A stretch of DNA of 12,494 bases, from NCBI GenBank assembly GCA_003133025.1, contig PKZK01000258.1, forward strand, positions 554-13,047, read 5' to 3'. This document shows, piece by piece, positions 1-6,450 of this stretch (position 1 is the stretch's first letter; each line of letters begins with the position of its first letter). A program made the translations under genes and the position numbers. A model generated the notes under the pieces. That model did no database searches. It was given only the letters and a program-made list of their open reading frames with translations, and was not told where the DNA came from. Source of the DNA: Vulcanimicrobiota bacterium. GTDB lineage: Bacteria; Vulcanimicrobiota; Vulcanimicrobiia; Vulcanimicrobiales; Vulcanimicrobiaceae.

Positions 1-99
1 GGCGCGCTACGCATGGAGATCGAGAAAGTCATCGTCGACGTCTATCCGGATTTCATTGGGGAGACTGCTTATGGCAAAGCTCTCGCCGGTATTTCCTAA
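1..99 (+). CDS. 3' end of an unidentified CDS entering from the left
   Basis: Frame 1 is open from base 1 (GALRMEIEKVIVDVYPDFIGETAYGKALAGIS) to TAA at 97-99, with protein-like composition and GC3-rich codons in its first half. It overlaps the next start (ATG 71) by 29 nt. Too short to name. Confidence 0.55.
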   Translation, partial: GALRMEIEKVIVDVYPDFIGETAYGKALAGIS

Positions 100-550
100 A
101 GCGAAGACCGTTCTCGCGACGATGGGCATCGCTGCGTTCTCCGCAGCGCTCTCGTCGCTCTCGCATCCGGCCGCGCTCACCGTCGACGGTCAGAAAACGA
201 TCTCGGACGTTCCCCCGGTCACCACGGCGAAGGGCGCGTACGTTCCGCTTCGCGCCGTGGCCGATTCGCTCGGCGCGCAGACGAACTACGATGCGAAGAC
301 GGGCACGATCGAACTGATTCGCGCCGACGATACGCTGCGCTTACGCGTCGGCGACGAATCGGCGACGCTCAACGGAAAGCCGCTGCCGCTGCGCGCCGCA
401 CCGTTCGCCGTGCGCGGCCGCACGATGGTGCCGCTCAACGTGATCGCGCGCGCGTTCAACACGAAGGTCCGCTACGATCAGGCGCACGCGCAGATCGACG
501 TGATCACGGCCGGCACGCTCGAAGCCGGAGCCGAACAGCCCGCTCCGTAA
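71..550 (+). CDS. Secreted copper amine oxidase N-terminal (stalk) domain protein, about 159 aa
   Basis: ATG at 71 follows GGGGAG (58-63). Hydrophobic Ala-rich signal-like N-terminus. Two repeats of the family motif: YVPLRAVADSLGAQTNYD and GRTMVPLNVIARAFNTKVRYD, plus LRLRVGDESATLNG and APF. No catalytic domain. Confidence 0.85.
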   Translation: MAKLSPVFPKAKTVLATMGIAAFSAALSSLSHPAALTVDGQKTISDVPPVTTAKGAYVPLRAVADSLGAQTNYDAKTGTIELIRADDTLRLRVGDESATLNGKPLPLRAAPFAVRGRTMVPLNVIARAFNTKVRYDQAHAQIDVITAGTLEAGAEQPAP

Positions 551-557
551 CCGGAAC

Positions 558-1175
558 CTATCCCGGCGGCTGCGTCTCCGCGTTCCAGAGGTGCTCGCTC
601 TGACCGAGCGCGGCGTTGATCCAGCGGGACCACACGAAGAGTGCGTCCGAGAGGCGGTTGATGTAGCGCATCACGTCGTCCGAGATCGGCTCGTTCGCGT
701 GCAACGTCACGAGGATGCGCTCCACGCGGCGCGCGATCGTGCGGGCCTGGTGGAGGAATGCGCCGGGGTACGAGCCACCCGGCAAGATGAAATTCGCAAG
801 CGGTTCGAGATCGCGCTGCGCCGCGTCCATCGCGCGCTCGAGCGCCTCGGCATCCTCGCTACGGATCAGCGGCATCCCGGGCCAACGGTCCGCGGGCAAC
901 GTCGCGAGGTCGCTTCCGAGATTGAAGAGGGCATCTTGGGTCCACGCGAGCCAGGCGTCGAGGTCGTCGATGCGCGCCACGGCATCGGGAGCCGTCTGCT
1001 TCGAGGCGCGGGCTTCGGCCAGGGCCGTGCGCGCGAGGCCGATCGCGCTCGAGAGTTCGTCGACCGTGCCGTACGATTCGATGCGTAGCGCGTTCTTCGC
1101 GATCCGCTGACCGCCCACGAGGCCCGTCGTTCCATCGTCTCCCGTGCGCGTGTAAATCCGGGTCAATTTCGGCAT
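558..1175 (-). CDS. pduO: ATP:cob(I)alamin adenosyltransferase, PduO type, about 205 aa
   Basis: N-terminal TRIYTRTGDDGTTGL ATP-binding motif, RIESYGTVDELSS, Q..LF.LGSDLAT, FILPGG, LHQARTIARRVER and YINRLSDALFV, all PduO/MMAB hallmarks. Start placed at ATG 1175 (MPKLTRIY); GTG 1184 is an alternative. Confidence 0.93.
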   Translation of the reverse strand: MPKLTRIYTRTGDDGTTGLVGGQRIAKNALRIESYGTVDELSSAIGLARTALAEARASKQTAPDAVARIDDLDAWLAWTQDALFNLGSDLATLPADRWPGMPLIRSEDAEALERAMDAAQRDLEPLANFILPGGSYPGAFLHQARTIARRVERILVTLHANEPISDDVMRYINRLSDALFVWSRWINAALGQSEHLWNAETQPPG

Positions 1176-1184
1176 CTCGTCCAC

Positions 1185-1239
1185 GTTGGCGCCCCGCCCG
1201 CGACCGCCTTTTCGAGGAGTGCACCACCCGGCTTCGAAC
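1185..1239. promoter_or_regulatory. Divergent promoter pair with AGG-N18-(G/C)AAC motifs (sigmaH-like)
   Basis: + strand: AGG 1215-1217, 18 nt, GAAC 1236-1239, upstream of proS. - strand: AGG 1209-1207, 18 nt, CAAC 1188-1185, ending 9 nt before the pduO ATG. Spacing matches the Bacillus sigmaH consensus (AGGA...GAAT). Function is inferred. Confidence 0.35.
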
Positions 1240-1253
1240 TGCTCGCGCTTGTC

Positions 1254-2714
1254 ATGTCAGACTCCGTCGAAAAAACACCGCTCGTCAAAGAGATCCCCCC
1301 GAAAGCGAAGGACCTCTCCGAGTGGTACCAAGCCGTTTGCTATAAAGCGGAGCTCGTTTCGCTTTCACCCGTGCGCGGCTGCGTCGTGCTGCGCCCGTAC
1401 GGCTACGGCTTGTGGGAGCGCCTCCAGAGCGCGCTCGATACGCGCTTCAAAGAGACGGGTCATGAGAACGCGTACTTCCCGCTCCTGATTCCGGAGCATC
1501 TGCTCGCGCGCGAATCGGAACACGTCGAAGGCTTCGCGCCCGAGGTCGCGTGGGTCACGCAGGGCGGGAACGAAAAACTCGCCGAGCGTCTCGCGATCCG
1601 TCCGACGTCGGAAGTAATCATCGGCGTGATGTACGCGGAGTGGGTGCAATCCTATCGCGACCTGCCGATCCTGATCAACCAATGGGCGAACGTGATGCGC
1701 TGGGAGAAGCGCACGCGACCGTTCTTGCGCACGATGGAGTTCCTGTGGCAAGAGGGCCATACGGCGCACGCGACCGAGCAAGAAGCGCGCGAAGAAGTGC
1801 AGCGCATGCTCGAGGTCTATCGTGAGGTATCGGAAGACGTCGCCGCGGTACCCGTACTGCTCGGTGAGAAATCGTCGTCGGAACGTTTCGCCGGCGCCAT
1901 CCACACGTTCTCGATCGAAGCGTTGATGCCCGACGGTCGTGCGCTCCAGGCTGGCACGTCGCACGAGCTCGGACAAAATTTTTCGAAGGCGTACGATATC
2001 ACGTTTGCCGCCGAAGATCAGACGACGCAGCACGCGTGGACCACGTCGTGGGGCATGTCCTGGCGCATGCTCGGCGCGCTCATCATGGTCCACGGCGACG
2101 ATCGCGGGCTGCGCATTCCGCCGAAGATGGCGCCGATCGAAGCGGTGATCGTCCCGATCGTGCGCGCCGGAAGCGAAGACGTGGCGCGGGCGGCGCGCGA
2201 TCTGTACGCGACGCTTCGCGCGGCCGGACTTCGCGTGAAATTGGACGAGCGCGATCTGCGGCCGGGAAATAAGTTTGCCGATTGGGAGATGCGCGGCGTT
2301 CCGCTCCGCATCGAATTCGGCGCGAAAGATCTCGAAGCCGGAACGGCGACGATCGTGCGCCGCGATCTGGACAAGGGTGAAGAGGGCGCGAAGGTCGCCG
2401 TCCCACTCGCCGACGTCGCGACGCGCATCCCGGTGCTGCTCGATGAAATCCAGGCGCACCTTTTGGAACAGGCGCGCGCGCATCTCGCGAGTCACACGTT
2501 CCGCGAAACGGACCGCGCCACGTTCTTGCGACGCTGCAAGGAGCGAGACGGTATGATCGACATCGCGTGGTGCGGATTGCCCGCGTGCGAAGCCGCGGTG
2601 AAGGCCGAAACGAGCGCGACCACGCGCAACACCCGACCGCTCGATGCGCCCGCCGCATGCGTCGCGTGCGGGGAGCCCGCGACGATGCGCGCGTACTTCG
2701 CGCAAAGCTACTGA
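1254..2714 (+). CDS. proS: Proline--tRNA ligase, archaeal/eukaryote-like type, 486 aa
   Basis: Motifs SPVRGCVVLRPYG, NAYFPLLIP, EHVEGFAPEVAWVT, RPTSE, NQWANVMRWE.RTRPFLRT.EFLWQEGHTAH, LQAGTSHELGQNFSKA, TSWG.S.R, HGDDRGL, anticodon domain (PGNKFADWEMRGVPLRIE), a C-terminal four-Cys zinc domain and a terminal Tyr (FAQSY). No INS editing insert. Confidence 0.97.
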   Translation: MSDSVEKTPLVKEIPPKAKDLSEWYQAVCYKAELVSLSPVRGCVVLRPYGYGLWERLQSALDTRFKETGHENAYFPLLIPEHLLARESEHVEGFAPEVAWVTQGGNEKLAERLAIRPTSEVIIGVMYAEWVQSYRDLPILINQWANVMRWEKRTRPFLRTMEFLWQEGHTAHATEQEAREEVQRMLEVYREVSEDVAAVPVLLGEKSSSERFAGAIHTFSIEALMPDGRALQAGTSHELGQNFSKAYDITFAAEDQTTQHAWTTSWGMSWRMLGALIMVHGDDRGLRIPPKMAPIEAVIVPIVRAGSEDVARAARDLYATLRAAGLRVKLDERDLRPGNKFADWEMRGVPLRIEFGAKDLEAGTATIVRRDLDKGEEGAKVAVPLADVATRIPVLLDEIQAHLLEQARAHLASHTFRETDRATFLRRCKERDGMIDIAWCGLPACEAAVKAETSATTRNTRPLDAPAACVACGEPATMRAYFAQSY

Positions 2715-3298
2715 TGCGCGCTCGCGCGCTCGTTCCGGCGACGCTCGCGTTCGCAACGCTCGCGCTCGCCGCGCTTCCGCCGGTCGCGGCTCGCGCGGGC
2801 GGGTCCGAAGCGGAGGTGGACGCATACGCACGCGCCGCGGGAAATCGACGCGCCGACGCGGTGGCACTCGGAACCGTGCTCTTCGCGCGGCAGCGCTCCG
2901 CGCAGGTCGTGAAGGTCCGGGTCGACGGCGCGATGTCGCACGAGGTCGCCGGCCTCGTCATTTCAGGAGTAAAGTTTCACGCGCCGCTCTCGCAGAGCGC
3001 GTTCACGGACGAAGTGATCGACCTCGTCCGCACGACGTTCGCTGCGAGCCGTGTCGAAGAAGTAGACGTTTGGGCCACCGTCCCGCTCGCCACCGAGGCC
3101 GGGGCGATCGTCTCGGGCGACATGGCGCAGCCGACCTCGCGGACGGTCTTCGCCGTCTCGGTGCGGCGTGCGGAGGGCGAGAACTTCGCGTCGCGCATTC
3201 GCCGTGGGACCGACGTGTACTGGGATCCGGCGTTCGTGGCGAGCTTCGCGCGGCCCGCGGCCCAAGGGGGGTTCGGGTCCCGGGGCGCAAACGGTTAA
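2714..3298 (+). CDS. Hypothetical secreted protein, about 194 aa
   Basis: ATG 2714 overlaps the proS stop (TGATG). N-terminus MRARALVPATLAFATLALAALPPVAARA is a typical Sec signal peptide, followed by a globular alpha/beta-looking region. The ORF-track start at 2567 lies inside proS and is rejected. Confidence 0.8.
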   Translation: MRARALVPATLAFATLALAALPPVAARAGGSEAEVDAYARAAGNRRADAVALGTVLFARQRSAQVVKVRVDGAMSHEVAGLVISGVKFHAPLSQSAFTDEVIDLVRTTFAASRVEEVDVWATVPLATEAGAIVSGDMAQPTSRTVFAVSVRRAEGENFASRIRRGTDVYWDPAFVASFARPAAQGGFGSRGANG

Positions 3299-3308
3299 AT
3301 CGGCCCCC

Positions 3309-3328
3309 GAGCCCGCACTCGCGGGCTC
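3309..3328. repeat. Perfect 8-bp inverted repeat (GAGCCCGC-ACTC-GCGGGCTC) in the intergenic gap
   Basis: Seen directly. It is followed by AAAAA on +, so neither strand has a U-tract after the stem and it is not a canonical intrinsic terminator. Confidence 0.6.
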
Positions 3329-3351
3329 AAAAATTGTGTAGGAGCGCCTTA

Positions 3352-4608
3352 TTGTTTCGGAAGTCGACGCTGGCGAACGGGGTTCGCGTCATCACGGAAT
3401 CGATGCCGTACGTGCGGTCGGCTTCGCTCGGCATTTGGGCTGATGTGGGCAGTGCCGCGGAACGACACGATCAGCGCGGCATCTCGCATCTCGTCGAGCA
3501 CATGCTCTTCAAGGGCACCGAGCGTCGCTCCGCGCGCGAGATCGCGGAGACGATGGACGGCGTCGGCGGCAATCTCAACGCGTTCACCGATAAAGAAGCG
3601 ACCTGCTACTACGCGAAGGTGATCGACCATCACGTTCCGCTCGCGGTCGACGTTCTCACCGATATGTTCTTACACTCGACGTTCGATCCGGCGGAGCTCG
3701 CCAAAGAGCAGAAGGTCGTGCTCGAAGAGATTCGGATGTACGACGACGCGCCCGACGATATGATCCACGATCTCTTCGTGCGCACGATGTGGTCGGGCTC
3801 GAATCTCGGCGAGCCGACGATCGGCTATGCGGAGACGGTCTCCGCGCTCTCGCGCGACGATCTGCGCGAACACATGCGCCTGCGGTACTGTCCGAATCGC
3901 GTCGTCTTCGCGGCGGCGGGAAACGTGGATCACGACGCGCTCGTCGCGCTCGCGGAACGAGCGTTCGCCGACTTCGAAGGTCGCGCCGATTCGCCCGCAC
4001 CGGAACGCCCGACGCTGACGCCCGCGTCGTTCGTGAAGACCAAGGATACGGAGCAAGCGTACGTCGTGCTCGGCACGCAAGGTCTCGCGGTACGCGACGA
4101 ACGGCGCTACCAGCTTTCCGTTCTCGACACGATCCTCGGCGGCGGCATGTCGAGTCGCTTGTTCCAGGAAGTGCGCGAAAAACGTGGTCTCGCGTATAGC
4201 GTGTATTCGTTCCAGCAAGGCTATCGCGATGCGGGGCTCTTCGGCGTCTCGGCCGGCACGTCGCCCGCGAGCGTTCAAGAATGCGTCGATGTGATCGTCG
4301 ACGAGCTCGCGCGCATGGCCGAAACCGGTCCGAGCGAAGCCGAACTCACGCTCGCGAAGGAGCACCTCAAAGGCAGCCTGACGCTCTCGCTCGAGGCGAG
4401 CGCGGGACGGATGATCCGGCTCGGCCGCAGCGAGTTCAACTTCGGCCGCCTCATCTCGATCGAAGAGATCGAGCGCGAAGTCGATGCGGTCGATTACGAA
4501 AGCGTCGTGGCGCTCGCACGCGAGTTGTTTACGCCGGAATCGCTCGGGCTCTGCGTTCTCGGCCCGGTCGAAGCGTCGGAGATTCACTGGCAGCGTAGCG
4601 TCGCGTGA
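3352..4608 (+). CDS. M16 family zinc peptidase (pitrilysin/MPP-like, M16B), about 418 aa
   Basis: TTG 3352 is preceded by AGGAG (3340-3344). LANGVRVITE start, inverted zincin HLVEH in GISHLVEHMLFKGT, NAFTDKEATCYY, downstream E (VVLEEI), and LGGGMSSRLFQEVREKRGLAYSV. Confidence 0.93.
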   Translation: MFRKSTLANGVRVITESMPYVRSASLGIWADVGSAAERHDQRGISHLVEHMLFKGTERRSAREIAETMDGVGGNLNAFTDKEATCYYAKVIDHHVPLAVDVLTDMFLHSTFDPAELAKEQKVVLEEIRMYDDAPDDMIHDLFVRTMWSGSNLGEPTIGYAETVSALSRDDLREHMRLRYCPNRVVFAAAGNVDHDALVALAERAFADFEGRADSPAPERPTLTPASFVKTKDTEQAYVVLGTQGLAVRDERRYQLSVLDTILGGGMSSRLFQEVREKRGLAYSVYSFQQGYRDAGLFGVSAGTSPASVQECVDVIVDELARMAETGPSEAELTLAKEHLKGSLTLSLEASAGRMIRLGRSEFNFGRLISIEEIEREVDAVDYESVVALARELFTPESLGLCVLGPVEASEIHWQRSVA

Positions 4609-5510
4609 GCGTCGCGCACGTCGCGCACGCCGCCGCCGGATGCTCTCCCGCCGAAATCGCGCGGTACGGCGCGCGTGGGTTTTTCTCGGTACCGCTCGTC
4701 TCGGCCGTGTTGCTCAACGTCGTCGTCACCGCGTTGCAGATCGGCGCGTATGCCGGGCGCATCGCGGGCGTCCGCACGGGCCGCATCGGGACCTCGATCT
4801 CGCTCTTCAATTTCTTCACGCTCGCAGCGCGACTCGCGAACCTCGTGGTCACGCCCGCGCTCGGGAGCCTCGCCGATGGTGCCGCGAGCTATGCGGGTTG
4901 CACGGGAACGATTCCGGGCCGTTTCGAGTGGCAACTGCGCGCGATCATCGGCGCCGGTACCGTCGGCGCGATCCTCGGGACGCTCCTGCTGCCGACGTTC
5001 ATCTTGCTCTTCATGCGCGGCGTGTACGCGTTCGAGCGCCGCGGCTCGATGCTGCAAGCGGCGCTCCGTCTCTTCGATCCGCGCGTCCTCGTCCAGGTCG
5101 TGCGCAGCGTGCGCTTGCCGCCCTTCGGCGAGCTCGCGAGCTTTCGCCCGACGAACCTGCCGCTCAAGCTCTTACTCGGCAACGTTGCGGTCACGGCCGT
5201 CTATGCGGTGGGCGTCGTCGCGTCGTTCTATGCGAGCGTCATCGATCTCGACGCACGCACGACCGCGACGGGACTTTCCGGGCTCGTGAACGGATTTGGC
5301 ACGGTCGCGTTCTCGTTCTTCGTCGATCCGACGACGGCGTACATCACGGATCAAGCCGTCAAGGGTGAGCGGTCGCCGCAAGACGTACGAACGATGGTGT
5401 TCTGGCTCGCCGTCACGGCGATTCTCGGCTGGCTCGTCTCGCAACTGATTCTCATTCCCGGCGCGTACTTTATCGCGGCCGGCGCCCACGTCTTTCACCC
5501 GCACTCGTAG
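4605..5510 (+). CDS. amj: Lipid II flippase, Amj (DUF2837) family, 301 aa
   Basis: GTG overlaps the peptidase stop (GTGA). Multi-TM protein with AYAGRIAGVRTGRIGTSISLFN...RLAN, G.ILG.LLLPTF, A.YAVGVVAS.YAS, TATGLSGLVNGFGT...FVDP and ITDQA, which match my recollection of B. subtilis Amj motifs. Confidence 0.82.
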   Translation: MSVAHVAHAAAGCSPAEIARYGARGFFSVPLVSAVLLNVVVTALQIGAYAGRIAGVRTGRIGTSISLFNFFTLAARLANLVVTPALGSLADGAASYAGCTGTIPGRFEWQLRAIIGAGTVGAILGTLLLPTFILLFMRGVYAFERRGSMLQAALRLFDPRVLVQVVRSVRLPPFGELASFRPTNLPLKLLLGNVAVTAVYAVGVVASFYASVIDLDARTTATGLSGLVNGFGTVAFSFFVDPTTAYITDQAVKGERSPQDVRTMVFWLAVTAILGWLVSQLILIPGAYFIAAGAHVFHPHS

Positions 5511-5519
5511 GAGTCTCGT

Positions 5520-6197
5520 ATGTCCGTTCGGTCGCGTACGCCCGTTCTCACGCTGACGCTCGCGTTTGCGTTGCTCGCGGTTTCGTCGCTCACCGGCTGC
5601 GCCGACGGGCTCGCATCGTTCATCGTGCAGACAAGAAATCATCAGGGCGACATGGCGCTCGCAAACAAGAATTTCACCGACGCCGCGCTCGCGTATCGTC
5701 TCGCGTTGCGCGTCGCACCGAACGACGAGCACGCGCGTGCCGGACTCGCCGCCGTTCAACTCGATATCGCCGCGCAACAGTATACGCTCTCGAAATTCGA
5801 CGACGCGTTCGCCGCACTCGCGGTCGCGGCGAAGTACGCGCCGGGTAGCGTGCGGCTCGCTGAATTGAAGACGGAACTCGAACAGGCGCGCGTGAAACGC
5901 GAGATCGTGCTCTCGAATTATCCGACGTACCGAGAGACCGGACTCGCGCTACGCAAATCCTACGCGCAGCTCCACGTGCAGAGCAACGAAATCGTTTCGA
6001 CCTTGCAGCGCTTCGACTATACGTACGACTCGAGCGAGTTGCTCAAGGCGATTCGGCAATCCGACGAACTCGGAGCCGAAGTGTCAAAACTTACCGCACG
6101 GCTCGGAAATTATCGCCAGCTGGTTGAGGCCGGATCTCCCGAGCGAAGTGGAAGCGCTCCGCTCTCTCCGGGTGCGTCGCTGTTACCGCTACCATAG
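5520..6197 (+). CDS. Putative lipoprotein with TPR-like helical repeats, 225 aa
   Basis: AGGAG (5509-5513) precedes ATG 5520. Signal peptide with lipobox LTG-C27. TPR-like segments GDMALANKNFTDAALAYRLALRVAPND and YTLSKFDDAFAALAVAAKYAPGS, then a helical C-terminus. Confidence 0.8.
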   Translation: MSVRSRTPVLTLTLAFALLAVSSLTGCADGLASFIVQTRNHQGDMALANKNFTDAALAYRLALRVAPNDEHARAGLAAVQLDIAAQQYTLSKFDDAFAALAVAAKYAPGSVRLAELKTELEQARVKREIVLSNYPTYRETGLALRKSYAQLHVQSNEIVSTLQRFDYTYDSSELLKAIRQSDELGAEVSKLTARLGNYRQLVEAGSPERSGSAPLSPGASLLPLP

Positions 6198-6318
6198 AAG
6201 AAGAAGCGTTCGTAGAAACGTTCGCATGTGTGGCGCGTGGAGCGATCGCGCCGGACGATACGGCACCGATCAGTAACCAAATAGCGAGAGCTGCGGCTCC
6301 CAAACGAATGACTTGCAC
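6091..6318 (-). CDS. Candidate small secreted or membrane protein, 75 aa
   Basis: GTG 6318 has AGGGG 6 nt upstream and a sigma70-like promoter further up. N-terminus MQVIRLGAAALAIWLLIGAVSSGAIAPRATHA resembles a signal peptide. The last 107 nt overlap the lipoprotein gene antisense. No recognised family. Confidence 0.5.
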   Translation of the reverse strand: MQVIRLGAAALAIWLLIGAVSSGAIAPRATHANVSTNASSSMVAVTATHPERAERFHFAREIRPQPAGDNFRAVR

Positions 6319-6363
6319 GCACGACCCCTAGAGCAACGAGTGGGGCGGAAATCTTCTATGAAA

Positions 6364-6392
6364 AGTATGGCGCAAGTATCTGGTAAACGCAA
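6364..6392 (-). promoter_or_regulatory. Sigma70-like promoter TTGCGT-N17-CATACT for the small ORF
   Basis: On the - strand, -35 TTGCGT is at 6392-6387 and -10 CATACT at 6369-6364, exactly 17 nt apart, within a conspicuously AT-rich patch. Predicted start of transcription is near 6357. Confidence 0.45.
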
Positions 6393-6450
6393 CGTACTTT
6401 CGTGCAGCGCGCGTAGGCATTCGGCCCGACATTGGAGTCGCTATTAGGGC

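Noticed and set aside
1365..2867. 500-aa antisense ORF over proS, and similar ones at 591-1088, 3670-4587, 7267-8112 and 10737-11510
   Set aside because: Antisense mirrors of real genes caused by codon bias; no recognisable motifs.
3309..3333. Intrinsic terminator
   Set aside because: The stem is followed by an A-run on +, and on - the T-run precedes the stem, so the geometry is wrong on both strands.
2644..3351. 236-codon N-terminal extension of the M16 peptidase
   Set aside because: Arg-rich shadow frame over proS and the hypothetical gene. An SD plus TTG at 3352 matches the normal family start.
4608..4630. Tandem GTCGCGCAC repeat at the amj start, and many CGCGCG/GATC palindromes throughout
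   Set aside because: Two short copies encoding VAHVAH. The palindromes are expected background in CpG-rich DNA.
6091..6318. Type I toxin-antitoxin interpretation of the small hydrophobic ORF
   Set aside because: Longer than most type I toxins, looks like a cleavable signal peptide, and I see no separate antitoxin promoter or terminator. Not excluded, but unsupported.
6198..6450. Possible structured ncRNA, tRNA or CRISPR remnant in the AT-richer gap
   Set aside because: No cloverleaf, long stems or spaced repeats. The gap is better explained by the small ORF and its promoter.
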